Shown here: one piece after another, positions 24,396-37,847 of the stretch
How positions within the stretch are numbered: position 1 is the first letter of the stretch
How the letters are laid out: every line of letters begins with the position of its first letter
Assembly: GCA_965113315.1 (NCBI GenBank)
Contig: OZ220365.1
Strand: one strand, 5' to 3'
DNA from: Podarcis vaucheri
Taxonomy: Eukaryota
Length of the DNA stretch: 64,000 nucleotides
Notes under the pieces: generated by a model
Database searches by the model: none
What the model was told of the DNA's origin: nothing
What the model saw: the letters and a program-made list of their open reading frames with translations, nothing else
Program-made: the position numbers and the translations under genes

Positions 24396-25781
24396 CTTGA
24401 AGGAAAAAAAGTTTTCACATGTTAGAATTCATATACAGAAAAAAATTACTAAATGACAGTTTATAGCATTCTAGAGTGATGATGAAATGCTTACTCACTT
24501 TCCTGTAAAATCAACACTTTCATAAACAGCATGTTGCAACAGTTCCAAGTACTGCATACAGGCTTTCATTCCAAACAAGTTATGCAAGCTCTAGAGGTCT
24601 GTGAGCTTTGATACACGATTACGAAATTACTTTGGGAGGAGAAAGAACAGCAACCTAATTTAGGCTGTATACCCATTCTCACACAGAACTCACAACAATG
24701 CCAAACTGAAACTACTTCCAGCTCTGAAACGTATTCCCATAGAAGATGTAGGGCTAGCAGCTTACAAGAAGAACTGAAGCACAGTAACTTATCTAGTCCT
24801 GCCTCCAACTGCTGTGACAAGCTTTTATTATAATCACAATTAACCCTAAGAGCAGCACAGGAAGCGGAACCATCTGTTCACTTTACTGTATTTCCCCACT
24901 CCTTCTCATAGTTATATAGGGCAGGAGAACATCTGATCATTAAATCCCTGGTAAAATATTCCATCTTCACAGATATGCTGCATTTTTATTAGATCACTGT
25001 GAAGTTCTCCAGCATTAAGTGAAAAACACAACCACTGCGCAGTATGTAATACCATTTGATAATAAGGCACCACATACCTTAGAAGCTCCAATGAAACCAT
25101 CTATAAATTTTAATTTGAATTCAAAATTCCTTAAGTGTTCCTTCCAAGATTTATTTTAGGCACAAAGTTGACCAGATGCAAAAGAATCGTAGTTAGAAAC
25201 TTTGAACAAAGGCAACTTATTTGGTGCTTCTCTATCAATGACCTTAACCATGACCTAGAAAGAATGCATTGTTTGGAATGAAAGCATTTCTTATGCTCTA
25301 TTAGTCCAGAAGCACTGAACACAAAGCAACTTGTGTAAGATGCACTGTGAAAACGCTACTAGCAGATTGCTAATGACTTGGGTATTTAAAAGCGAACACA
25401 ACTTAAACAGGCATTTTATGGTTTGACAATAGTTAATGCAGTCTTTGAATACTAAACTGCATTTACAGTCACCCTTAAGACACAAACCTTTGGCAAAAGT
25501 AATGTTCCCAATATTATTTACTATTGCTATGTTTCAAACATCATAAATATATATTGTCAAGTTTTCATACAAGATGCCAGTATGTATGGAACCTTTTCTT
25601 AACAATTTAGATATACTGTGAACCTTTAATTTCTAATTTTAAAGCTAACCAAATAACAAATAGCAGCTGTAACAAACCAGAGATATTTTTACAAGTACTA
25701 AATATTAGGGGACCAATCTTATTATTCCATACCACACCAAAACCATTCAGTTAACTTAGTTGATAAAAGCAAATTTCTAAC

Positions 25782-25970
25782 CTGCATTGCAACACTGATA
25801 TAATGATTACTTTCAGGTGGAATCTGGGGTTTCTCTTCATAACTCGACCACTGATTCTGAGCAGGACCCATTCGATCCTGGGATTTGGAGGCTGGGAATG
25901 TGAAATATTCTCTGGTGTAAGTTTGTGTTGGGATAGGATATGCTTCAGGTCTGGATGGTAGTATCTGTTC
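25782..25970 (-). CDS. AFDN: Afadin exon (EQILPSRPEAYPIPTQTYTREYFTFPASKSQDRM...SVAMQ)
   Basis: homology, AG/GT sites, 189 nt. Confidence 0.96.
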
Positions 25971-26090
25971 CTGTATAAATATAGAAAGATCATTTACACT
26001 TTTGTACCTATTAAAATACACCACACTGATATATATATATATACACCATATATATATATGGTAAATGTTTTTTTGCTTGCTACTTCTAAC

Positions 26091-26182
26091 CTCTGTGCAA
26101 AGATTTCCCGTAGAGACTGATGTTATCTTGTTAGTGGTTCCAGCTGCATATGCATTCTTGGTCCCAGGACTTGGAGGCTGGT
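26091..26182 (-). CDS. AFDN: Afadin exon (NQPPSPGTKNAYAAGTTNKITSVSTGNLCTE)
   Basis: homology, phase 1/0, 92 nt. Confidence 0.95.
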
Positions 26183-26497
26183 CTGTTGAGGGGGGAAAAA
26201 AATTAAACCACCTTTGTTACCTACACAAGAGAACTAATTCAAACTAAGAGAAATAACAAGGCTGATAAACTTGTTTGCTCCTCTTAAATAATGTAAGAAA
26301 AAAAGTATATATAATTTGTTTCACAGCTAGCTATTCAAGGGTGGAATAACTAGCCTACGGTACATATTTATGACTATTGTATTTTTGTTATATTATGTAT
26401 ATTTCTTCATGTTGTAAGCTGCCTTGAGCATAGTTTTAACTATGGAAAGGCAGCATACAAATCAAATGATGTATGCATGCACTTAGGGGTCTCAGTA

Positions 26498-26732
26498 CAG
26501 TGGTACCTCGGTTAAGAACTTAATTCGTTCCGGAGGTCTGTTCTTAACCTGAAACTGTTCTTAACCTGAGGTACCACTTTAGCTAATGAGGCCTCCCGCT
26601 GCTGCTGTGCTGCCGCTGCCCGATTTCTGTTCTCATCCTGAAGTAAAGTCCTTAATCCGAGGTACTATTTCTGGGTTAGCTGTAACCTGAAGCGTCTGTA
26701 ACCCAAAGCGTTTGTAACCTGAGGTACCACTG
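26498..26732. mobile_element. Tc1/mariner MITE, same family as 54-261
   Basis: TIR CAGTGGTACCTC, TA TSDs. Confidence 0.92.
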
Positions 26733-27026
26733 TACATAATTTTACATATACATATACCCACTACAGCAGGTTCCTGAAAGCCTCTGATTTCTTCTTCTTT
26801 GGCTCACCTCTTGTCCCAGGCACTTACAAGCTGAATGATGGCCTGTGAGGACTCACAATCTGAAGTAATGCGTTGGGTGTTTCATAACATCTGTGGAGGC
26901 CTACCTTCTTTAGAATTTAGCCCCTGCAGCTAACTATCAAATTTTTATTCCATTCATTTTCAGAGCATTTCAGTCCTCTACAGAAACATGGTCCATATAA
27001 ACATCTTTAAACCATTTCCTGCTTAC

Positions 27027-27221
27027 TTGCTACATTGGGACTAGATCGGTGATCAGCTCGGTTTTTCATCAGTCTGTCATCCCCTGGCAATTTCTTTGGT
27101 TCATTATATTCTGTCCAAGGCAACTGGGGGCTCTCAGGGGATCCATTCTGAGCGGAGTTGTTATATAGCTCAAATCCTTCACTCTTTGGTCGGGGTTTAC
27201 CTGAGCCACGGCGGTCTGAAA
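27027..27221 (-). CDS. AFDN: Afadin exon (VSDRRGSGKPRPKSEGFELYNN...DHRSSPNVA)
   Basis: homology; GAG acceptor with an in-frame CAG 6 nt downstream; A|gtaagc donor. Confidence 0.94.
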
Positions 27222-28319
27222 CTCCAGAAAGAGAGAGAAGTTGTATGAGAACAATCATTGCTTAACTTCTCATATGATTACTGCTTGGATTCAAAGCTGC
27301 CAGAACCTGGTATGTGATCTCGAAGTCATGCCCCTAATCCCAGATGAATGAAATTGGGCGAAGGGAAGTGAATTGAGAATTTGGACTTAACTGTGAATTT
27401 GCCTGCTGTGTGCTGGTCAAATGGGGCTTTAGTCACTGGACACTCTCTATTTACTAGGAGGAAGGTTCTTTGAAGACAAGCTCAGACAGAGGCTAAACTA
27501 TGAAGCACCTCCTGCTTCCTTCTTAAGGTGAATTAATGCTGAGGTGGTAGTATCTCACGCGAAATGAAAGTGGCTTGCCCGGGGCCTCTGAATGAGAGAT
27601 GAATCAGGAATCACTTGAATTACAGCTCCTTCCAAGCCAGTGAAATTAACAAATGAACAGGGCTGCCACACAATCTGTATTTACTGGGCCAAAAGAAATG
27701 AAATGCAGTATTCTCACTCCTATCCAGGTTGGGGAAGCACATAGTCAGCACAAAAGCTCAGGTGTTGCATGTATGGTGTTCTATGTTCAACCCCAGCATC
27801 TCCAGCTAATAGGATATTATGCAGCGGGTATCTGCAGAGTTGCTGCCAGTCAGAGCAGGCAGTACTAGGCCAGATGGATCAGAGGTCAGGCTCAATATAT
27901 GTTTGCCAAACAGTACCAACCCATAGAAAATGTTTTAATCTAATCTTCAAAACGCTTGACAATCTTGACTGTTTTGTCCTTTCAACAGGTCATTATCATT
28001 TAACACAGAAGGAAACAGATTATGAAATAGTCTGTGTTCTCATTACTTTTGGGGAACAACCCTCAACACACTTAACACTGCAGTCCTATGCAAATTTGTC
28101 CAACAGTAAGCCCCATTAGTGAGACTTTCTGAGTAGACATTCACAGGACTGCATTGTACTAGACTTTAAGGATTTTATAAGCCTCTCCTTCAGAGAAAGA
28201 ATAATGAGTGAATTAGGCTGTACTTTGTTTATTCAAACACAATTTCAAGAAAGCATGGAGATTTAAGACTGGTTTTCACCCAAAAATGTATGCGGACAAA
28301 AATATTTCAAGTTGTTTAC

Positions 28320-28438
28320 CTCTTTGCATCATTGGAGACGGCTGGTTAAGCAAAGTTGCTAAACCATGATAAATTGCTCCTTGTTTTGCTACTTCTAGCG
28401 TCACTACTGATCCTGTTCTTGTCATCAGCTCTGCTGCC
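28320..28438 (-). CDS. AFDN: Afadin PDZ exon (AAELMTRTGSVVTLEVAKQGAIYHGLATLLNQPSPMMQR)
   Basis: homology, phase 2/1. Confidence 0.96.
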
Positions 28439-29294
28439 CTGAGGTAAGAATTAAATAAAATTAATTTAAAAATACTACAATTGACAGTAGCAAGATAGCA
28501 CTAAAGATCAAAAAGAAAGTACACAAAATATAAGTTTTCCAGATAAAAGATAAAACAAATTTGTTTAAAATAGTAATATTTGGAATAAGGGCCTTTTTAT
28601 GAACCATGAGTAGAATAAAATTTCATCTAATGTCTTGCACACTAAACAACTCATCCAAACTTTCTCTAAGTAAAAAAAAACCCACACACCACACAAAAAA
28701 TTGCCAGTTTATTTTCTAAAGTAGAAATGGCACAAATGACTGTCTTTAAAACTGCAAGGACTGCAAGCTTTAAATCAAATACAGGATTTAATCACAGACT
28801 TTGGGAATCAGAATTTTCTTTGATGAGGCACTCTGAGCTACTATCAGTGGTACTGCAGCAGAAAAGGGTACACTAGTGCTGTTGTTGTTTTGATTGGCTG
28901 GGTTGCCAATCTGTGCAATCCCACTTCTGCAACTGTGGCAAAAGGGCTCAATTTTCTCCATATGGCTCTAATAGAAGCGCTACAAGTCTGTGAAACAGTC
29001 TGGCAGACCAGGTAGCATAGAGATGAAAAGCGCAGTCACTTTTCTCAGGACAAACCAAATGCCTCCTACAATTCAAAAAAATCCAGAGCCATTGCAAGTC
29101 ACAGCACTACACTACACATGTCTGGGCGAGCAAATGTGTCTCAACATCTATGGCATGACCAGTGATTAAAGATAGAGGAGGCTGAAAATGGAATATATGT
29201 CAATCAAATCAAGGGGTGTAAAAGATGAGAGGAAAAGTCCTATGTGATTTATAACCACACCACTCTTCTACAAACACATGAAAGCATGACTTAC

Positions 29295-29368
29295 CTCTCT
29301 TGGGATAGTCCAACCAAACTGCGGCCATCCACACTAAGTAACTGATCCCCTGCAGCCAGTCGGCCATC
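29295..29368 (-). CDS. AFDN: Afadin PDZ exon (DGRLAAGDQLLSVDGRSLVGLSQER)
   Basis: matches the mammalian peptide; AG|gtaagt donor. Confidence 0.96.
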
Positions 29369-29500
29369 CTGGTTAAATGTTTCATAAGACAAAGGTACAT
29401 TATACATTAGGAGATTAGCCAAGCTAACCTATGTAGTTTATAACTATTCAAAATTAATCCCTGAAATTTTAGTAATTTAATAATTAAAGGTACTACTAAC

Positions 29501-29566
29501 CACATCTGCAGCACCACCTTTGACCACAGACTTGACATAGATTCCAAGTTTATCTTGACCAGCGCC
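29501..29566 (-). CDS. AFDN: Afadin PDZ exon (GAGQDKLGIYVKSVVKGGAADV)
   Basis: matches the mammalian peptide; phase 0/0. Confidence 0.96.
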
Positions 29567-29639
29567 CTAGAAAGAGATAAAGCAATTCTTATTACAAATG
29601 CACAATAAAGGTTGCTTTTTCTGACAAGCAGCAAATCTT

Positions 29640-30125
29640 GCCATTCTCCCCGCATTAATCCCTTCCCACCCCATGCAACTACTAAGCTTGCTTTTCACCT
29701 TCCCAGCCACACTTTTGAAGCCACTCTCTTCTGTTCTGCTTTGCAACCATTTTCATCTTCACTCTCTGATCCATGCCTCCTCCTCTTCCCCCTCCATTCG
29801 TGCAACACCACTGCACATCCTGCTAACCTGCATCTTCCTCTTTCCACACATTGCAACTACTAAGCACCCTTTTCGCTTCCCACCCCATTATGAAGCCATC
29901 ATCCCCTCCTATTCCACAGACCTTTCATGAAAATGCTTTCATCTTCACCTGCATTCCCACACCTCTTAGTCCTCTTTTCGCAGCTCTCTGCATTCCCATT
30001 TTCACCTTCATCTTCTTTTTCCTATCTCCCTCTTCCTCCTTATTTCAACTCTCCTTTGCACATAGATCATCCCATTTTCATGCCTTCTCCTAGTTAAAAG
30101 CCCCCTTTGCATTTCCCCCTCCTCC
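29640..30125 (+). repeat. Pyrimidine-rich degenerate repeat with ~178-bp internal duplication; inverted copy at 37030-37235
   Basis: tgcaactactaagc at 29674 and 29852; reverse complement gcttagtagttgca at 37147. Confidence 0.7.
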
Positions 30126-31219
30126 ATGATAATGTATGTTACTGTACCTTTAAGATGAACAGAATCTTAAGCCTGTCAGCTGGAGAATGTTAAGTTCAGT
30201 TGATTGATATTGCACACATATGAGTGTTTGCTTGATTAAATACCCCATTTTCTTGTCACCTCCCTCCTACCTTGCTTAACTCACAACTTCTGTTGCTTTA
30301 GACCACCACTTCATATTTGCTCCCCTATCCCATCCCGAATTAATGCACATTCAGGATTGGGACACAAAACTACAAATCCTCCAACCAGGGCTGTGTGGTG
30401 ACATTCTTTACATTTTATTTTATTAAAGAAATAGAAATATAGGAGTGTGATGATATTGCAGTTTCGCTTAACAGTTTACCCACTGATAACTAAAATATAA
30501 AACTATTTGATATAAATATCTCACTGACATCTCTGACCATCCCTGTAAGGGCAGCCTGTATCACAATACTTATATTACTGATTGGCTGGTAGTCAGAGGA
30601 ACTGAGGGGAAGATATTAGGTGGTCCAGGGCAAGACAATGCAAGTTCATAGTTGAACTGTGAGGTGAACAAGTACTGCCAACTCTTAATTCAGACTCCTC
30701 AACAGCTACATCACACTATATCCCTGGTTATTTTGTTAGCCTGCAATTTCTTAAACAGAAACCCTGCTGAATTTATGTGAGTTGCATAGCATGTGTATTG
30801 TTCAATGGCTTCTAAAGCTGAAATGCAAGAATATACTTCTGTGAATGGTACATTTGCAACAAGTATTAATCCCAACTTTCCACATCTTCTTCCTTTTGCT
30901 TCAAATTCCTTAACAGAACCTTTGATTTCATAAACCGCAACAAGTGTGGCAGAAGCAAAGGCTTTGTTAAGAAATGTGAAGCAGGAGGAAGAAGTTGCAG
31001 AAGGTGAGGTAAAACGTGCCTTGATTTGAACTAGTTGCATCTTGCATAGCATTCTTGGTCAAACCTAATTCTTTGAAGTTGTAAAATCATGACAGGACAC
31101 CAATGCTGCCCTTCTTCCAGAAGACATAATGTGAGTTGATGATAGGGCAGGCAAGTAGATGTGTGTCTGCTTATCTAAACAGACTTTAGCCACAGCTGAT
31201 TTCAATAAAATATATGTTA

Positions 31220-31512
31220 TGAAGGTTCCCTCACTGCAAAAAGTGAAGTTACAGGGAACCAGGCAAAGGGCCTTCTCAGTAGTGGCGCCTGCCCTGTGGA
31301 GCGCCCTCCCATCAGATGTCAAGGAAATAAGCAACTATCTTACTTTTAAAAGACATCTGAAGGCAGCCCTGTTTAGGGAAGTTTTTAATGTTTAATGCTG
31401 TATTGTGTTTTTAACATTCGGTTGGGAGCCGCCCAGAGTGGCTGAGGAAACCCAGCCAGATGGGCAGGGTATAAAAAATACATTTATATTTATTATTATT
31501 ATTAGTAGTAGT
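31220..31512 (+). mobile_element. L2-type LINE 3' end with (TTA/TAG)n tail
   Basis: encodes RAFSVVAPALWSALPSDVK..TFKRHLKAALF (typical L2 ORF2 C-terminus) followed by the tail. Confidence 0.85.
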
Positions 31513-31704
31513 GCCCAACCCTCAATATACCAATCTTATCTTTAATATCTATACAACACTTAGAACACTTTTTATACTTTGTAAGTATTAAAATAGATTC
31601 TAAAGCAAGAGAACTCATCTGTAACAAATTTACTTCCATACAGACATGTATACATGTGGTATAAGTATGGGCATACATATACATATAGTTCCATATGTAC
31701 TATA

Positions 31705-31862
31705 TGTATAAGTCAGACCACTGGTCTCTTTAGCACAATACTATAGACACCCAACTGTCAGCGGAACCTCAGGCAGACTCCATCACAGCCCTACCTAGAA
31801 ATGCTGGGGATTGAATGTGGGATTATTTGCATGCAAAGCATGTGCTCAACCACTGGACTATT
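31705..31862 (-). mobile_element. tRNA-headed SINE, degenerate
   Basis: reverse complement begins tagtccagtggttgagcacatgctttgcatgca...ttcaatcccc (A/B-box-like). Confidence 0.6.
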
Positions 31863-32519
31863 GACTTTCTCTAGCTAGGAACCTTCCCCCTCTATATATG
31901 CATGCTCAATTTGCTGCATAACTTTTGTCTACACAGAAGGTAGAAAGGACTGTGCATCTAACTGTCAGAGGGGCACTTGTATGTTTTGTCCATTTTCTAA
32001 ATCTCCATGTGGAAAATAGAACTCTGAGTGATCTCTCAAGTGTCAGAGAAGAGTAGCCTGATGTCCTGTAAATGTTACAAATCCTTCCATTCATGGAAAG
32101 GAGTTGCAATTCAGTGGAGGCTCCCACTCATGGAAGTGTTTGTGATTTTTTGCAAATTCCCTGTCTCACTGCTATCCTTCAGAACAAATGTTCAGAGTCA
32201 GTGAGGGAAAGGGCAACTGGGGAAAACCACCTCTCTTCTATTCTCCTTATTTGAGATGGAGTGTTCTGTGAGTGTAACGTTGCTCATAGATCTCTGGATC
32301 AAAAGCACTCAATTCACACTGTAATCAGGCCATTTACTTTTCCCATTTGAGCTATAGTGGCTCTCATAAAAGTTTGTTTCTGAGACATAGCAGAACAGAA
32401 AGTGGGAATGATATAAAGCTTTTCCCATCCTTTCTATACATTCTTCTTCAAGAAACTGCTAAACAGTAGGATGTGACAATATCAGCCACTAATCTTATTT
32501 GAAAATTTGAAGTAGTGGA

Positions 32520-32642
32520 AGCTGGAGTTGGCGAGAGCATGGTGCTGATAACACCAAGGTCGCAGGTTTGCTCCCCATATGGGACAGCTGCATATTCCTG
32601 CAGGGGGGTGGGCTAGATGATCCTCAGGGTCCCTTCCAACTC
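32520..32642 (+). mobile_element. tRNA-derived SINE with CR1-type 3' end
   Basis: ccaaggtcgcaggtt..cccc..tgggacagctgca..gatgatcctcagggtcccttccaactc; same family as 58733-58870. Confidence 0.8.
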
Positions 32643-35600
32643 AAGCTTGGTTCTTCTTTTATCCCATCTTAACATAAGCTTTGGAATCCAGAATAATGGT
32701 AGCTATATTAGTTATAATTCATAAAAGAATTAGGTGCTTGAGGCTGCAATCCAAAATGCAGCTATCATTACTTTACATTACTATCATTACTTTAACATAT
32801 TCCTTTTAAGTAAACATACATAGGATTGCTTGTAAGTATGCAGAACTGTTAGACTGTGAACATCAACAATACATTAAAGGTTAGATGAAAGCTGTTTGTT
32901 GAAAAATCAATTTTTACATAAATCAGTGGTTTAATGCTGTATTGCACTTTCCTAGGGCAATGATTTTATTTCTACTATTGTCATTGATAATAGATATTTT
33001 CTCCATCATTACTTGAAAGAGTTATTGAGTTTTCCTTTCCAATATCAAAGTACAGGCATGAAAACAAAACACTGCTTTATAGCGAATGTTTTGACTTTTC
33101 CTTGTGAAGAGTGGTGACTGACACTGAGAGAAAAATGTGTGTTTCAACTATGATTGTGTTTAGGTCAACTATGCTGTCAAATAGTTCAATATCAATACTT
33201 ACAGCAATTGAAATGGCATGTAAATTAGCTAAAGGAACCTCTACAGAAATAAATATATTGAAGTCAGTTAATTTTATTCTTACTTAGTGTTTAGAATGTC
33301 AATTTTAATATGTTTTAACATTCTTCACACAGTGAAATCACAAGATTTATAAAGATATTTCTGGATTATAGATAGAAGGAAAAGCGTGAATCTTACATTA
33401 TTCATAATCTTTCAATAGTAAATGAAGCAATTGTTCAGTTGGCAGACTACAGTAGATTAAAACCTCTCACTATGTTTGTCATTTAAAAAGCACAGAAAAG
33501 GAACTGGCTTAAGGTAAAAAAATTATTGTGCCAACTTTTAAAAAGAACATCACTTAGCTGCATGCAACAACAAGTAGTGCCAAATGAAGTAGTCACCAAC
33601 AACTTTAAACATTTATAGAAAAGCACTTTTTGAACAGACTTACCGAGGATTCTGTTCTTCCAACGACAGAAAACCACATTTTAACTCCAGAAATACAACT
33701 CTTCAATCCTTTCTCAGCCTTCGACTACAACCCAAACATCAGTCTGCCAGATTTTCCAAAACACCCAGCAAGACAGCTCTGAACTGGACACTGATATAGC
33801 ATAGCATTTATCAACACTAGTTACAACCAATACAATATTCCAACTCTTTGCACAATCAGTTATGCTACTCTGCCTTTAGTTTATCATTAAGAGCTTTATT
33901 AAACTATAGGCACTGCCTAGAAAAATCAAGGCGGCCTTTTCAGTAAGATACAGAAAATCCAAATTAAACAGGAAGTAAGTGCTGGCCCACAGATGGGAAG
34001 AAGTCGTATGCTAACCCCTCCCCTCACTCCCCATCCCACCCCGTGATATATTTTTAAAGTAAACTGCATGCACACACTGCTTCCAAATCATCTGGATTTC
34101 ATAAAATGTAACCACAGTGTGGTTGGAAGTCAGGCAGCATTTAACATCGAAACATCTTTCAGGCTTAAAGCACTAAATTCTGCCCTTAGTCTCTTAGTAT
34201 TACTGCCCCCCTGACCCCCAAGCAATCCAGCCACTACCACCAAAAAAGTACTCCTGCTATAGAAAAGTCTTGCAACAGAAATGAAGCATCAGCAAGACCA
34301 CTACTGGAAACCATTACATCAATGGTAGGCAATTTATTCTGTTCCTAATGCGGTACTGGAAATGTGGCTATTGCCTTTTCAAGCCAGTGTGGCTATGCTC
34401 ACTGGTACTATCACAGAGAACAGCTCATGTTCCTAACTACATGCTAACAGCTAGAAGGATTATTACTACACCTCCTGGAAAACACAGACAAGATTTGAAC
34501 TGGAAGTCCCAATCTCTGGGCAATAGGTGAATGGTTTCTGTTTGCCCTCTGGAACCATGCCTATCAGATAATTTGAAGTTCCTAGGGAATCACTAAATTC
34601 CTCTCAAAACTAATTTATACTGATTTACCTCGGCCTGTTCCTAGAACTAATTCTGCGACATGGCTCCAGGGATCTGTCAAGCCAGCACATAAGGATGTTA
34701 ACAGCAACAATATAAGATTTTATCACCTCAGAAAAATGAAAAACATTAATAATGTGAGGCTGAAACTCATACATAAGTTTAAAAGTCTATATTTGGGGCT
34801 CTTGCTTTCTCCATTGCAGATGAGATGACCAGAACTTTTCTATTTGCCTGGATCCAGAGAATGCATCCTTTATGTGGAAGCAGGCTTAAGAACGCATTGC
34901 TGCTGGGATAATTTTTGAGTGTAGTTTGGACATGCATAGGAATTCAGGACCGTGCCTAGCAAATTGCTCTGGAACTCAATCCTTTGGGAGGCCACACACA
35001 TGACCAACACAGTCCCCTTCCTGGACCACCTTACCCTGATTGCTTAGCTTCTGAGGAAGCAACCCTTTCTTCAGATAAAGGGGAGGAAAGTGAACCAACA
35101 CTGATGCTGTGTTAAAATGGCAAAGCAATTTGGGAGTTGAGGTGAGGAAGAGGCATGGGAGTGGCAGTGGTAGCAACCATGACCATCCAGAGGGAACGCT
35201 TGAGTGGAGGTTGCCAGAATTGTGACCATGGGCACAGGGGTGCCCTTGAGGTCTTCCCCTAGGGCTCACCAAGCCTCTGAGGCCTTCCTCCCATTCAGCA
35301 ACCCTTTCACCATGAGGTAGGTTTTCTTTTTCTCCCTTGAAAAGTATACAGAGCCAAAGGAGAAAGTTAGAAAAATGGTGTATTTTCTCACTTCCTGTTT
35401 CTGCTCTAAGTGTTTTTCTACTGAATATGACTTTTACAGAGATTCATTGAAAAAGTGAAGTGTGTGCATGTACTCTCTCTCCGGAGATAGATTGTGTGAT
35501 TTACTGATTCAGGTAAGGTAGAAAAGAAGCGGCCAGAGGGTGTGATGTCCACAGCACTCGCTCAAAAATCTAAATCTGTCCAGAGCCCTTAAAAAGTTGA

Positions 35601-37356
35601 AGGTTTCCCCCCTAGAGATTCCTAGTGTGCAAATTTGCCCTGTGTGTTTCACCTGCCAGAAACAGCCCTGCCCACATTCATACTCTGGGGCAACTACCAT
35701 GTCCTAAGTAAAAATGAATCAATCAGCAAAAATATCACTAAAGGTACATAAGAATAGTCTGAATTAGTCACCAATTAAAAATTGCAGGTATTTGCACATC
35801 TTCTAAAATACGATTAATAATAAAGCTAGAAGATCACTCTCATTCTTTTACACTTGATACATATAAACCACTCACAAGAGCCAGTTCTTTCTTCCCTTCT
35901 GGAACCAAGCAAAGATACAATACTTTGGAAACAAGAAGCACCATGTCCTTAATAGTAAAAAATGCTATACATTTAAAGAGACTTTAAAAGACCACCACTG
36001 AGGTCGCAGATTAGTCCCATTAAAAATTGTCATTTCCCTCTTGCAACCACCTAGCTTGAATAGGTTTATTTTTTGTTAAGATGAATTATGACTGCAGAAG
36101 GGGGTGGGGAAGGCTACTACACCTGTATTCCTGCCAGAGACTCTTTCAAATTAGGCAATGTCACTTATGACAGTGGTCAGTGCTGACATAGCAAGCTGTT
36201 CATTTGTATCTTAATAGCAGAACACAAAAGTGAATGACTTGCTTCTGGCTTAAATGATGCAAGATCATTAATGAATTCAACAGTGCAGATCTTAAAATTT
36301 CTTCCCTGAAATATAAATGCTGTTTTAGAACACTGCCACCTACCAACTAGCTCTTTACATTTGTTAAATATGTGGCAGCTTTACAATACTGGTACAGTGC
36401 ACCATCTGGTGGTTGGAAACTGGTGGCACAATAATTCACATTAGAATGAAAAGTCATCAGGGTGAGCCTCTCTGCTGCCTGTTCACTCCCCACAACTCAG
36501 TCAATAGGATGAGATGCAATTCAGTTACTCACTTTATGGCTATTGTGGACAAAATCAAAATGAGAAGAGAGGGACACTGGGAGGGGGGAAAGGAATGGTT
36601 TAAGACAATGGGGGATATCTGAAGGAGGAACACTGAGGATTGGGGAAAAAACAAGGAGAAATAATGGAAATGGGTACAACACAGAGGTCAACATGAAAAA
36701 GCTAACACAACAAAGCCTTTCTCAACTCCCTTCTTACAGTACTCAAGGCTTGCTTTAAATCGCCACTTTCCCCCCTTACGTCTCTCCATTGTTGTCTCCC
36801 TCTTTCATTCCTCAGCTACCTCGTGTATGAGATAAAGGAGCCCTCAAATATTACTCACTCCTGGTACCATGTATGTACAGATTCAATGCAGTAATTCAGT
36901 ACTGTACAAGTATTTTATTAACAAGCAAACACCATAGATGTACAACATCCATCACTTAACCATCCCTAACTGAACCAGCTGGCAGTCTTCAAAATTCTAT
37001 TCTTAAAGGTACAGTAGCATTTATCTGCAGAAGTAGGAGGAGGAGGAGGTATGAAAATAGGAGTGAATATGAAAGTGAGGGCCCGAAAGGGGCTGCAAAA
37101 CAGGAGGAAATAGCGACTTCAAAATTGGGTGGAAGGTGAAAGGGGTGCTTAGTAGTTGCAACGTGTGGAGGAAGATGAGGGTGGTCTGTGTGCGAGAAGG
37201 GTTACAGAGAGAAGGCATGTGCATGGGGGTGAAGGTAAAAAAAGGGCTACAAAACATATTGATAGGGCAGACAATTCAGCAAGTAATGTGCCTGGGGGGG
37301 GGGGGAGTGGAGCAAGCAGGAGGACAGAGCTTTCTAGTATATTTATATATTCATAC

Positions 37357-37443
37357 CTTAGCAGCCACAATGCTCAGACCCATTCCATTTTGTTTCTTTA
37401 GTGTCACAGTGATTATTTCAGGTTCCTTCCTTAACGGATGAGT
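37357..37443 (-). CDS. AFDN: Afadin exon, PDZ start (THPLRKEPEIITVTLKKQNGMGLSIVAAK)
   Basis: GMGL carboxylate-binding loop; 87 nt phase 0/0. Confidence 0.96.
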
Positions 37444-37743
37444 CTACAGAAACAAAGCACAGATTAAACTCTGTATTCCACGATACTGAGCACAGCAGTA
37501 AGAATTCATTCTGGGTACTTTAATACACTTACAAGTAGTTCTGCTCACAACTTACTTCTATGTTGCAAAATGAAGCACTTTGAATAGCTTAAGTAAAGCA
37601 CTAATATATGCTATGCCGAAGGAAAAATATAGTATATCCAAATCTGCATTTTAACTCTCTAGTGCCACCCTAAATAACAAACTGCATATGGTTAAACTGC
37701 AGTTTATGTCCTCTACCATAATGTCCAGAAGATAAGTACTTGC

Positions 37744-37847
37744 CAGGTCAGCATTATCTTGCAACAGATGACTTTCATAATCTGCACCTTCAAAATATAT
37801 TGTCCAAGTTCCTGGTGAACGTGGATGAGGTGTCAATCTGCAGAAAC
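37744..37847 (-). CDS. AFDN: Afadin exon (FCRLTPHPRSPGTWTIYFEGADYESHLLQDNADL) with GC donor
   Basis: homology; CTG|GCAAGT gives the required phase 0. Confidence 0.92.
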
